This document shows positions 44,643-53,493 of a DNA stretch of 64,000 nt, piece after piece. Position numbers and translations under genes: made by a program. Source of the DNA: Candidatus Eiseniibacteriota bacterium (GTDB taxonomy: Bacteria > Eisenbacteria > RBG-16-71-46); assembly GCA_044222065.1 (NCBI GenBank), contig JBGAOA010000007.1:6462-70461 (forward strand), given 5' to 3'. The notes under the pieces are model-generated. The model was not told the origin of the DNA. It did no database searches and worked only from the letters and a program-made list of their open reading frames with translations. The number at the start of each line of letters is the position of its first letter. The first letter of the stretch is position 1.

Positions 44643-46642
44643 GCGACGACGCCCGCTCGCTGTCCGAGGTTCACTCGAGCGTCCGCGTGCCGCACGGGCT
44701 GTCGTGGTTCCGGCGCCTGTTCGCGTTCGCGGGTCCCGCGTACCTCGTCAGCGTCGGCTACATGGACCCGGGCAACTGGGCGACCGACCTCGCGGGCGGC
44801 GCGCGCTTCGGCTACCAGCTCGTGTGGGTGCTCGTGATGAGCAACCTCATGGCGGTGCTGCTCCAGACGCTCGCGGCGCGCCTCGGCCTCGTCACGGGGA
44901 GGGACCTCGCGCAGGCGTGCCGCGACTACTACCCGCGCTGGCTCACCGCGCCGCTCTGGATCCTGTGCGAGATCGCGATCGTCGCGTGCGACCTCGCCGA
45001 AGTGCTCGGCGCGGCGATCGGCCTGCACCTGCTGTTCGGCCTGCCGCTCTTCTGGGGCGTGCTCGTCACCGCGCTCGACGTGCTCATCCTGCTGAGCCTG
45101 TCGCGTCTTGGCATGCGGCGGCTCGAGGTGCTCATCATCGGGCTCGTCTCGACGATCGGCGTGTGCTTCGCGATCGAGATGCTGCTCGCGCGGCCGGACG
45201 TGATGGCGGTGCTCGCGCACGTGATCCCGCGCAACTTCGACGGCGTGCCGGAGCTGTTCGGCCGCGTGGACGGCGGCGGCGTGTCGGTGCTCGGCCTCCA
45301 CGGCGACTCGCTGTTCATCGCAATGGGCATCCTCGGCGCGACCGTGATGCCCCACAACCTGTACCTGCACTCGGGGCTCGTGCAGACGCGCACCGTGCAG
45401 TCGTCGCGCGAAGGGAAGCGCGAGGCCGCGCGCTTCAACCTGGTGGACACGATCGTCGCGCTCAACGCCGCGCTGTTCGTGAACGGGGCGATCCTCGTGC
45501 TCTCGGCCGCCGTGTTCCACGGCTCGGGCCACCGCGACGTCGCGAGCCTCGAGGACGCGCACCGACTGCTCGCGCCACTGCTCGGCACCGGGCTCGCCTC
45601 GACCGTGTTCGCGCTCGCGCTGCTGTGCTCCGGCCAGTCGAGCACGATCACCGGCACGCTCGCGGGCCAGATCGTCATGGAGGGCTTCCTGCGCGTGCGC
45701 ATCCGGCCGTGGCTGCGGCGGCTCGTGAGCCGCGGCCTCGCGATCGTGCCGGCGGCACTCGTGATCCTGTGGCGCGGCTCGGGCGCCGTGGACGACCTGC
45801 TGCTGCTGTCGCAGGTCGTGCTGAGCCTGCAGCTCTCGTTCGCCGTCATTCCGCTCGTCACGTTCACGAGCGACCGCTCCAAGATGGGCGAGTTCGTGAA
45901 CCCGCCGTGGGTCGTCGTGCTCGCCGTGCTCGTGACCGCGGTGATCGCCGGACTCAACGTGAAGCTCGTCGCCGACCAGGTCTCGGCGTGGTTCGGCGCG
46001 GCGGGGCCGAACGCGATCTGGCTCTGGTCGCTGCTCGTGCCGGCGCTCGCCGCGACCGGAGCGATGCTGCTCTACCTGCTGCTCGCGCCGATCGCGCAGC
46101 GGCTCTGGCCCGCGCTCGCGCCGCGGCGCGACGCCGTCGCGCCGGTCGAACTCGCGGGCTCGCGCGCGCGCGAGGCGGCGGCCGCTCCGGAGCCGCTCGC
46201 GGGCCTCGCGCCGCTCACGAGCTACGGGCGCGTCGCGCTCGCGATCGAGCTCGGCTGGGGCGACGACGCGGCGATCCGCTACCTGCGCGCGTCGTCGTTC
46301 GCGCCCGACGCCGAGCTGCTGCTCATCCACGTCGCCGAGAGCGCGGCGAGCCGCTACCTCGGCGTCGAGAGTTCCGACGTCGAGGCGCGCGCCGACGCGC
46401 TCGCGCTCGAATCACTCGCCGCGGACTTCCGCGCGCTCGGCGTGCGCGCCGAGGCGTGCCTCGCGCACGGCGACCCGGCCGAGGAAATCCGGCGGCTCGT
46501 CGAGGCGCGCGGCGTGGACCTGCTCGTCACGGGCGGCCACGGCCACGGCGCGCTGCGCGACCTGATCTACGGCTCGACCGCCGCCGCCGTGCGGCACCGC
46601 GTGAAGTGTCCGGTGTTCAGCATCCCGGCGACGCGACCCTGA
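44639..46642 (+). CDS. mntH: Nramp-family divalent-metal (Mn2+/Fe2+) transporter MntH fused to a C-terminal universal stress protein (UspA) domain
   Basis: ATGA overlap with mntR. Nramp motifs GPAYLVSVGYMDPGNWATDLAGGA and MPHNLYLHS. The C-terminal ~140 aa (LLLIHVAES...LLVTGGHGHGALRDLIYGSTAAAVRHRVKCPVF) is Usp-like. Confidence 0.85.
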   Translation: MSDDARSLSEVHSSVRVPHGLSWFRRLFAFAGPAYLVSVGYMDPGNWATDLAGGARFGYQLVWVLVMSNLMAVLLQTLAARLGLVTGRDLAQACRDYYPRWLTAPLWILCEIAIVACDLAEVLGAAIGLHLLFGLPLFWGVLVTALDVLILLSLSRLGMRRLEVLIIGLVSTIGVCFAIEMLLARPDVMAVLAHVIPRNFDGVPELFGRVDGGGVSVLGLHGDSLFIAMGILGATVMPHNLYLHSGLVQTRTVQSSREGKREAARFNLVDTIVALNAALFVNGAILVLSAAVFHGSGHRDVASLEDAHRLLAPLLGTGLASTVFALALLCSGQSSTITGTLAGQIVMEGFLRVRIRPWLRRLVSRGLAIVPAALVILWRGSGAVDDLLLLSQVVLSLQLSFAVIPLVTFTSDRSKMGEFVNPPWVVVLAVLVTAVIAGLNVKLVADQVSAWFGAAGPNAIWLWSLLVPALAATGAMLLYLLLAPIAQRLWPALAPRRDAVAPVELAGSRAREAAAAPEPLAGLAPLTSYGRVALAIELGWGDDAAIRYLRASSFAPDAELLLIHVAESAASRYLGVESSDVEARADALALESLAADFRALGVRAEACLAHGDPAEEIRRLVEARGVDLLVTGGHGHGALRDLIYGSTAAAVRHRVKCPVFSIPATRP

Positions 46643-46731
46643 TCGTCGCGAAGGGCGGGTTGGACGCGGGGCGCACGCGCACTAGTATCCGCCCGCCCTT
46701 CGTCACGGCGACCTCGAACGCGGAGCTTCCG

Positions 46732-47217
46732 GTGAGCGATCGTCTGCAGCACGGCCGGCTCGCGGCCACGGTGTCCGAAATCCTCGACCTCGGCCCCGAG
46801 GTCCTGCCGCACTTCGAGATGGCGGCCGTGCCGACACTCGACGGCAACGAGCGCCCGGGCGAGGAGCCGCGCGTGCGCCGCCAGCTGCGCGCCGAGGGCG
46901 TGCGCGCGTCCCAGCACCGCGGCGTGCTGCTGCTCGAACCCGGCGACCTCGAACGCCTCGCCGGCTCGGGGATCCTGAGCGGCTCCGACGAAGTGTTCTT
47001 CCTCGCCGAATGGAACGACGAGTTCGAGCCGTTCCCGGGCCGCGTGAGCGCCGACCTTCACGACTTCAACGAGTCCACGCCGCTCGGACTGGAAGAGTGG
47101 ATGGTGGACAGCGGCTGCCTGCTCGCGATCGGCGACGGCCGCGGCGTGAACGTCGCGACGACGAGCCGGCCGCTCCTCGACCGGATCCGCGGCGCCTTCA
47201 AGGCCGCGAAGGGCTGA
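46732..47217 (+). CDS. Hypothetical protein (start uncertain)
   Basis: The ORF continues in frame from upstream with no ATG. The GTG at 46732 was chosen. I recognised no motifs. Confidence 0.35.
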   Translation: MSDRLQHGRLAATVSEILDLGPEVLPHFEMAAVPTLDGNERPGEEPRVRRQLRAEGVRASQHRGVLLLEPGDLERLAGSGILSGSDEVFFLAEWNDEFEPFPGRVSADLHDFNESTPLGLEEWMVDSGCLLAIGDGRGVNVATTSRPLLDRIRGAFKAAKG

Positions 47218-47225
47218 GCGCCGGA

Positions 47226-47891
47226 ATGACGCATCGCCCCGCGGCCGGCCCCGCGCCGCGCCTCGTGCCGTTCACGATCGAAGGTCCGGCCGGTCCGCTC
47301 GAGGCGCTGCTGCAGGAGCACGACGAGCACGACCACACGCTCACGGCCGTCGTGTGCCATCCGCATCCGCTCTACGGCGGCACGATGCACAACAAGGTCG
47401 CGCACCGCGTCGCCTCCACGCTGCACGAACTCGGCGCCGCCGTCGTGCGCTTCAATTTCCGCGGCGTGGGGAAGAGCGCGGGGCAGCACGACCGCGGCCG
47501 CGGCGAGACCGAGGACGCGCGCGCCGCGCTCCGCTTCCTGCGCCAGCGTTACCCGGCCGCGCGCCGCTGGGTCGCAGGGTTCTCGTTCGGCTCGGGCGTC
47601 GCCGCGCGCCTCGCCGCGAGCGAGCCCGAGATCGAACGGCTGATCCTCGTCGCGCCTCCGGTCGCGAGCGTGAACTTCGACATCCTCAAGTCGCTCTCGA
47701 CCCCGAAGCTCGTGCTCCAGGGAACGGCCGACACGACCTGCCCGCCGGAGCGGCTCTACGCCCAGTTCCCGACGTGGTCGCCGCCGCGCGAACTCATCGA
47801 GATTCCGAACGCCACCCACTTCTTCGACAAGCAGTTGGGCGCGCTCGCTCACGCACTGGAGCAGGCGCTCGGCGGGCGGAGCGCGGCGTGA
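47226..47891 (+). CDS. Alpha/beta-fold hydrolase (COG2945-like small hydrolase)
   Basis: HPHPLYGGTMHNKV, GFSFGSG (nucleophile elbow GxSxG) and a C-terminal His region. 221 aa. Confidence 0.7.
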   Translation: MTHRPAAGPAPRLVPFTIEGPAGPLEALLQEHDEHDHTLTAVVCHPHPLYGGTMHNKVAHRVASTLHELGAAVVRFNFRGVGKSAGQHDRGRGETEDARAALRFLRQRYPAARRWVAGFSFGSGVAARLAASEPEIERLILVAPPVASVNFDILKSLSTPKLVLQGTADTTCPPERLYAQFPTWSPPRELIEIPNATHFFDKQLGALAHALEQALGGRSAA

Positions 47892-48808
47892 GCGCGCGAC
47901 GCGTCCTCGCGTTTGCGCTGCTCGGGCTCGCGCTCGGCGGGTGCGGCCGGCCGGGCACGAACGAGCGTCCGACCGAGTCGGCGATGCCCGCGTCGGATGC
48001 CGGCTTCCCGTGGGCGCTCGACACGCTCTGGGACGACGGCCGCGCGGAGGTCTCGCGCTACGTCGGCACGACGATCCGCTACGACGCGCCGCGTGCGACC
48101 GAGGCGCGGATCGTCGTCGTGAAGGAGGACGTGCTGAACGACCAGCTCGTGAAGAGCGATCGCGGCGCGATTCCCGGCCGGACGACCGAAGCGCTCAAGC
48201 AGATCGCGACGATCGAATTCACGACCGGGACTTACGGCTACCGGCTCGCGTCCACGACGTTCTTCTTCCGCCGCTCGCTCGAGCCGTTCAAGGAGGTTGC
48301 GAGCACGTACGACGGCTGCGGCGTCACGACCGCGCGCGTCGGTCCCGCGCAGGGGCGGCTCATGCATTCGGCGCATTCCTACTGGGAGGGCGAGGCCGAT
48401 CGCATGCTCGACGTGACGTGGCCGCTCGACGGCCGGCCGCGCGTGTGGTTCGACGCGCTGCCCGTGTGGCTGCGCGGCGCGCTCGACTCGGGCGCGGTGC
48501 CCGAGCGCGTGTGGCTCTTGCCGACGCAGATGAGCGGGCGCTCGCCCGCGAGCGCCGCGGTGCCCGTCGCGGCGGACCTCGTCGCCTCGGACGGCGGGGG
48601 GCTCAAAGTTCCCGCGGGCCGTGTCGCCGCGACGCGTCTCGTCGAGGTGCGCACTGCGGCCGACACGTCGCGCTGGTGGTTCGACGCGGTGGCGCCGCAC
48701 GTGCTCGTGAAGTTCGAGTCGCGCGAGCGCACGCTCGAACTCGCGAAGACGCTGCGGCTCGACTACTGGAACCACCGCGCGCCGGGCGACGAGGCGCTGC
48801 TCCGCTGA
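47888..48808 (+). CDS. Hypothetical lipoprotein
   Basis: GTGA overlap with the upstream gene. Lipobox LGLALGGCG. No recognisable domain. Confidence 0.55.
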   Translation: MSARRVLAFALLGLALGGCGRPGTNERPTESAMPASDAGFPWALDTLWDDGRAEVSRYVGTTIRYDAPRATEARIVVVKEDVLNDQLVKSDRGAIPGRTTEALKQIATIEFTTGTYGYRLASTTFFFRRSLEPFKEVASTYDGCGVTTARVGPAQGRLMHSAHSYWEGEADRMLDVTWPLDGRPRVWFDALPVWLRGALDSGAVPERVWLLPTQMSGRSPASAAVPVAADLVASDGGGLKVPAGRVAATRLVEVRTAADTSRWWFDAVAPHVLVKFESRERTLELAKTLRLDYWNHRAPGDEALLR

Positions 48809-48874
48809 GCCCGGCGCATCGGGCGGGGGTCGAGCGCCGCGTTCCGGCGTCGCCCGCAGCCCGGGCGACGAACC

Positions 48875-49813
48875 TCAGCTCTCGGCCTTGAGGCCGCCGC
48901 CCTCGCGCCGCTGCGCCCGCTCGCTCTCGAGCGCGGGCTCCACGTGCACCACGACGTCCGTGAGGCCGGCCCAGCGCGCCCGCAGCCGCTGCTCGACGCG
49001 GTGGCCGATCGCGTGCGCGTCGGCGACCGGCAGCGCCGGGTCCACGAGCACGTGCAGGTCCACGTGGATGTCGTCGTCGGGACCGCGCGAGCGCACGTTG
49101 TGCGCCTCGCGCACGCCGGGCTCGCCGAGCGCGGTCTCTTCGATGTCGCGCGGGTCGATGCGCCGCTCGTCCGAGAGCGTGGACAGCGTGTGCCGCAGGA
49201 TCTCGAGGCCGGCGCGCAGGATCAGCGCCACGATCATCGCCGCCGCGATCACATCGGCCCACACGAGCCCGAGCTTCGTCGCGGCGAAGCTCACGAGCAC
49301 GAGCACGCTCGCGAGCACGTCGCTGCCGGTGTGCGCCGCGTCCGAGAGCAGCAGCTCGCTCTGGAGCCGACGGCCCTCGCGGCGCTCGAGCCACACGACG
49401 AACAGGTTCACGCCGATCGTCGCGACCAGGATCACGACGCCGGCGATCGAGACCTGCGGCACCGCCGGATGGCGCAGGCGCTCGATCGCCGCCGTGACGA
49501 TCTCGTGGCAGCCGAAGAACAGCATGCCGGCGATGCCGAGTGCGGCGAACGTCTCGTACTTGCGGTGTCCGTACGGGTGGTTGTCGTCGGGCGGGCGGCG
49601 CGACACCGCGATGCCGACGAGCCCGATCACGTTGCTCGAGCCGTCGAGCAGGGAGTGGATGCCGTCGGCCGTGATCGAGAGCGCGCCGCTGCGATAGCCG
49701 TACACGAGCTTCGCCACCGCGACGAGCAGGTTGAGCCCGAGGATCTGCCACAGCACGAGTGAGATCGCATCGAGGCGGCGTGCCGCCTGAGGCTTGAGCG
49801 CGGTCTCGTTCAC
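48875..49813 (-). CDS. Cation diffusion facilitator (CDF) family metal efflux transporter
   Basis: Six TM segments, HSLLDG and HxxxD motifs, and a C-terminal cytoplasmic metal-binding domain (HVDLHVLVD). Confidence 0.85.
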   Translation of the reverse strand: MNETALKPQAARRLDAISLVLWQILGLNLLVAVAKLVYGYRSGALSITADGIHSLLDGSSNVIGLVGIAVSRRPPDDNHPYGHRKYETFAALGIAGMLFFGCHEIVTAAIERLRHPAVPQVSIAGVVILVATIGVNLFVVWLERREGRRLQSELLLSDAAHTGSDVLASVLVLVSFAATKLGLVWADVIAAAMIVALILRAGLEILRHTLSTLSDERRIDPRDIEETALGEPGVREAHNVRSRGPDDDIHVDLHVLVDPALPVADAHAIGHRVEQRLRARWAGLTDVVVHVEPALESERAQRREGGGLKAES

Positions 49814-49874
49814 GCGAGGGGCTCCATGCCGCGCATCATGCGGCGCTCACGGCCGCGCGAGCAAGCGCCGCGGG

Positions 49875-52487
49875 TCAGCGCACGCGCACGACGCGAGCGT
49901 GCGCGAGCGTGCGGCCGTCGGCGATGAGCCGTGCGAAGTAGAGCCCCGCCGCGACGCGCGCCGGAATCGCCGCCGCGAGTTCGCGCGCGCCCGCGGGCGC
50001 GGGACCGCGCCACAGCGAGGCGACGCGGCGGCCCTGCACGTCGTAGAGCGCCCAGTCGAGGTCGCGCACGCCGGCTCCGAGCGCGAGCGACAGACGCAGC
50101 CGGTCGCGCGCGGGGTTCGGCCACGGTGCGCCGACCGCCGCGCGCGGCGCGGATGGCTCGACGTCGAGCGCCTCGCCGTCCGGGTAGAGCACGCGAACGT
50201 GGTCCACGAACCAGCCGTCGAGGCCGTAGAAGTCGTCCGTGAGCATGCGGAAGCGGAAGCGCAGCGGTCCGGCGCCGAACGCGCCGAGGTCCACCGTTTC
50301 CGTGCGCCAGCCGTTCGAGACGCCGCTCCAGCACGGCGTGCCCGTCTCGAACGGGTCGCCGCCGAGGATGAACGTGTGCGTGTAGCCCGCGGCCGGTGTC
50401 GCGACGAGCCAGGGGCCGTTGTTCACCGAGACCTCGACGCGCGCGCCGTCCCACGCGCGCGTCGCGTTCGCCTGCTCGAGCGCGTAGCGGTGGTCGAAAC
50501 GCAGCCGCGTGCCCGGGACGACGTCGTTGAGGAGCGGCGAGTAGAGGACGGCGTCGAGGTGCGGCGGATAGACGCCGCCCGGCGCGCCGCACTTCCAGCT
50601 CGTGCCGCCCGGAGGCGAGGCGTCCTCGGTCGAGAATCCCCACGCGTCGCGGTACGACCACCAGTAGGGCAGGTGGAAGAACCCGTCGGCCCCGTTCTCG
50701 AAGTCGTGCAGCCGGTCGCGGGTCACGCGCACCGTGTCGAACGCGGCGTTCGAGTACGCCACGTTGTGCGCGGCCGAGGCGTCGCGCGCGACGAAGCGGT
50801 ACGTGAAGAACTGCCCGGGCTGGAGGCCCCAGCCGAGGTCGATCGTGAACGAATCGCGTCCGGCGCGCGTCGTCGGGAAGACGCCGAGCGCGCCGCCGTT
50901 CGCGCGCGTCTCGGCCCACACCGTGTCGAGGCCGACGTTGTCCGTGATGCGCGCGAGCAGCCGCCGCGGCATGGATCCGGACGCGGTTTCGACCTGAACG
51001 CGGTGAGTGATCGCGGGCGGCGTCGTGTCGGGGCCGATCGTGAACGCGTGCGGCGCGAGCGCACCCGCGGGCGGATCGTCGGCCGCGATGCCGGCCGAGT
51101 CGGTCGCGGCGTGCAGGTAGTACTCGAACGCGCCGCTCGCGAACGTCGCGGGGAAGACGGCCGCGAACGAATCCGCGCCCGCGCTCGCGAACGGCACGAC
51201 GTTCCAGGGCCCGCCGCCCGCCGGCCGCCAGTGGAGCGTGAGGCCGCCCGCGGGAACCGCGAGCCCGAGCCCTCCGCCCGTGATGCGCACGCGCGCGCCG
51301 AGCGGCCGTGGCGCCGCGGCGTTCTCGGAGTCGCCGAGCGGCGTGTGCGCGATCTCGACGCTCCCCGCGCGCGAGTCGAGCGCCGTGCTCACCGCGCCTC
51401 GGTACCACGTCGCCTCGGCGAACCACGTCTCGAAGCGCGCGCGGAACGACTCGAGCTTCGCGAGATCGGCCGTCGACGGCGGCGCGCCGGGCGGCGTGAC
51501 GAGCGCAATTCCGAGGCGGAACGCCTTCGGGCTCGTCGCCGCGTCGGGCACGCGCGGACCTTCCGCGGCGATGACGTCGGACACGTTCCAGGTCGTCTTG
51601 CGCCCGTCGGCGCCGAGTCCCACGAACGGATCGGAATGCACGACGTAGGTGTTCGGAGGGTTGAAGTCGTGCGGGTCGTTCACGACGAACACGGACGGCG
51701 TCTCGAACGCCGGGCGCAGGCCCATCAGGTACTGGTCGAGCGGCGTGTAGCCGGTCGAGACGCTGTCGGTGACGAACGTGTCGGGGGCGACCTCGCGCCA
51801 GCCGCAGCCCTCCATGATCGAGGACTGGTCCGAGAAGAAATTCCAGTGCTGCTCGTCGCGGCCGAGCAGCGCCGGCACGCGATCGCCGGCCGAGTCCACG
51901 TACACGTAGCTCAGCCACGCGTGCCCGAACTCGTGGCCGAGCAGGTCCATCGCGGTCATGCCGTTCGCCCACGTCGTCGAATCGGGTTCGTCGAAGTAGC
52001 GTTCCAGGCCGTTCATCACGAGCACCGCCTGCAGCCGGCCGGCGCTGCCCGAGCCGCCGGGGAGGTCGTAGGCCGGCAGCCCGATGCCGGCGACGTCGTT
52101 CTTCAAGAGGTACGACGCCGCGAGTGCGCCGGGCGAGCCGAGCCACACGTTGCTGCCGCTCGTGAAGTAGAACGCGAGTTGGTCGTAGTCGTCGCCGTGG
52201 GTGCGGTAGAAGGCGCGCGCCGCGGCGAACACGTCGAACAGGCGGTGGCCGACCTTGTCGTTGAAGAACAGCGTGCCGTCGTCCTCGATCACCGCGATCT
52301 CGCCGGCGTCGTAGCGCGCGGCCGCGGGCGCGGCGAGAGCGGCACATCGCGCGCGACGCGCGCCCAGAGAGGGATGCCGTGTTCGCGAGCGAGGCGCTGC
52401 ACGCGGAGCCCGGGGCCGGGGCGGCGAGCACGTCGCGCGCGGCGGCGGCCGGCGCCACCGGCGCGGCCGGAGCGCGTCCGCGGGCAC
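49875..52487 (-). CDS. Secreted HExxH-motif (LLGHEFGHAW) protein, putative zinc metallopeptidase, with a Por-secretion-tail-like C-terminus; N-terminus unresolved
   Basis: HExxH motif LLGHEFGHAWLSY. C-terminal tail PNPARDRLRLSLAL...WALYDVQGRRVASLW...GLYFARLIADGRTLAHARVVRV. The first ~60 residues from M(52487) are Arg/Pro-rich without a convincing signal peptide. No in-frame ATG, GTG or TTG lies near the hydrophobic stretch CAALAAPAAA. Confidence 0.62.
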   Translation of the reverse strand: MPADALRPRRWRRPPPRATCSPPRPRAPRAAPRSRTRHPSLGARRARCAALAAPAAARYDAGEIAVIEDDGTLFFNDKVGHRLFDVFAAARAFYRTHGDDYDQLAFYFTSGSNVWLGSPGALAASYLLKNDVAGIGLPAYDLPGGSGSAGRLQAVLVMNGLERYFDEPDSTTWANGMTAMDLLGHEFGHAWLSYVYVDSAGDRVPALLGRDEQHWNFFSDQSSIMEGCGWREVAPDTFVTDSVSTGYTPLDQYLMGLRPAFETPSVFVVNDPHDFNPPNTYVVHSDPFVGLGADGRKTTWNVSDVIAAEGPRVPDAATSPKAFRLGIALVTPPGAPPSTADLAKLESFRARFETWFAEATWYRGAVSTALDSRAGSVEIAHTPLGDSENAAAPRPLGARVRITGGGLGLAVPAGGLTLHWRPAGGGPWNVVPFASAGADSFAAVFPATFASGAFEYYLHAATDSAGIAADDPPAGALAPHAFTIGPDTTPPAITHRVQVETASGSMPRRLLARITDNVGLDTVWAETRANGGALGVFPTTRAGRDSFTIDLGWGLQPGQFFTYRFVARDASAAHNVAYSNAAFDTVRVTRDRLHDFENGADGFFHLPYWWSYRDAWGFSTEDASPPGGTSWKCGAPGGVYPPHLDAVLYSPLLNDVVPGTRLRFDHRYALEQANATRAWDGARVEVSVNNGPWLVATPAAGYTHTFILGGDPFETGTPCWSGVSNGWRTETVDLGAFGAGPLRFRFRMLTDDFYGLDGWFVDHVRVLYPDGEALDVEPSAPRAAVGAPWPNPARDRLRLSLALGAGVRDLDWALYDVQGRRVASLWRGPAPAGARELAAAIPARVAAGLYFARLIADGRTLAHARVVRVR

Positions 52488-52743
52488 CGGCCGGGCGACG
52501 GCGAAGCTCGCGGGTCGCGACGAGCGCGAGCGAGACCGGCAGAGCGAGCGAGCGATTCGGGCGTCGGCGGTGTCCGGTGCATGGCAGTATCGGAGCGGAT
52601 CGCCGTCCGGGCCACGGTCGATCGCGGACGTCGATCCCGGCCCGGACGCGTGTGACGGTCACCCGGGTCGCGCATTCGCTGGGTGCCGCCCTCCGGGTGA
52701 CGCCCGGCCCCACCGCCTCGAATCCGACAGGAAGGAACCGCCC

Positions 52744-53316
52744 ATGCGACCCCGCTTCGCGCTGCTCGCGCTCGCCGCCACACTGCTCGCCGCCGCTTCG
52801 GTTCAGGCCGCCCCTCCGCAAGCGCCGCGACTCGGCCAGGCCGTCGCGCTGCTCGGCGGCGGCCAGACCGTGCCCTCGGCCTGGGCGGGCGTGTGGCAGA
52901 ACGTGGATTCGACCTACACGGGCTGCGACGTGCTCGCGCCGATCGGCACGTCGAACGCGACGGACACGCTCTGCACGGGGCAGACGCTGCTGCCCGACAC
53001 GACCGGCATCGGTTCGCTGAACTGCAACGGCACCGTCACGGACACGCAGGTGGACATCACGTGCACGGGTTCGACCGCGCAGGACAGCTGCACGATCGAC
53101 TTCACGTACCACATCACGGGAACGCGCACCGGGAACTCGGCGGTGTTCGTGACGACGCTCGTGCAGCACTACTCGCCGCCGAGCGCGTGCTTCTTCCTGC
53201 CCGACCAGTGCATGCGCTTCGTCTCGCGCGGCACGCGCATCGCGGCGGAACCGCCGACGTGCGGCACGCCGGCGCGGCGAACGACGTGGGGGACGGTGAA
53301 GACGTTGTACCGGTAA
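52744..53316 (+). CDS. Small secreted Cys- and Thr-rich hypothetical protein
   Basis: AGGAAGGA RBS. Signal peptide MRPRFALLALAATLLAAASVQA. At least 10 Cys in 168 mature residues. Confidence 0.55.
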   Translation: MRPRFALLALAATLLAAASVQAAPPQAPRLGQAVALLGGGQTVPSAWAGVWQNVDSTYTGCDVLAPIGTSNATDTLCTGQTLLPDTTGIGSLNCNGTVTDTQVDITCTGSTAQDSCTIDFTYHITGTRTGNSAVFVTTLVQHYSPPSACFFLPDQCMRFVSRGTRIAAEPPTCGTPARRTTWGTVKTLYR

Positions 53317-53382
53317 CGGCGCCCCGCCGTCGCGGAATCCGTGGGGGCTCGGCCCCGCCGCTGGCGCTCAGACGCCCGCGCG

Positions 53383-53420
53383 CGGGGCCGGGAATTTCTG
53401 TTCGGTTCTCCCAACCGGGC
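53383..53420 (+). terminator. Possible terminator after the Cys-rich gene
   Basis: GCCCGCGC/GCGCGGGGC GC-rich near-palindrome followed by GGGAATTTCTGTTCGGTTCTC. Confidence 0.35.
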
Positions 53421-53493
53421 CGTCCAGTGGATTGGGGCCTCTCCGCGCCTCGCTCCGCCGACAAGACGCTTCCACCCACCCGAGGAGACTCCG

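Noticed and set aside
49810-53169. 1119-aa minus-strand ORF overlapping the HExxH gene, and the 953-aa plus-strand ORF 49794..52655
   Set aside because: Both are Arg-rich with no motifs. I examined whether they could supply the missing N-terminus of the HExxH protein and found no signal-peptide-like segment.
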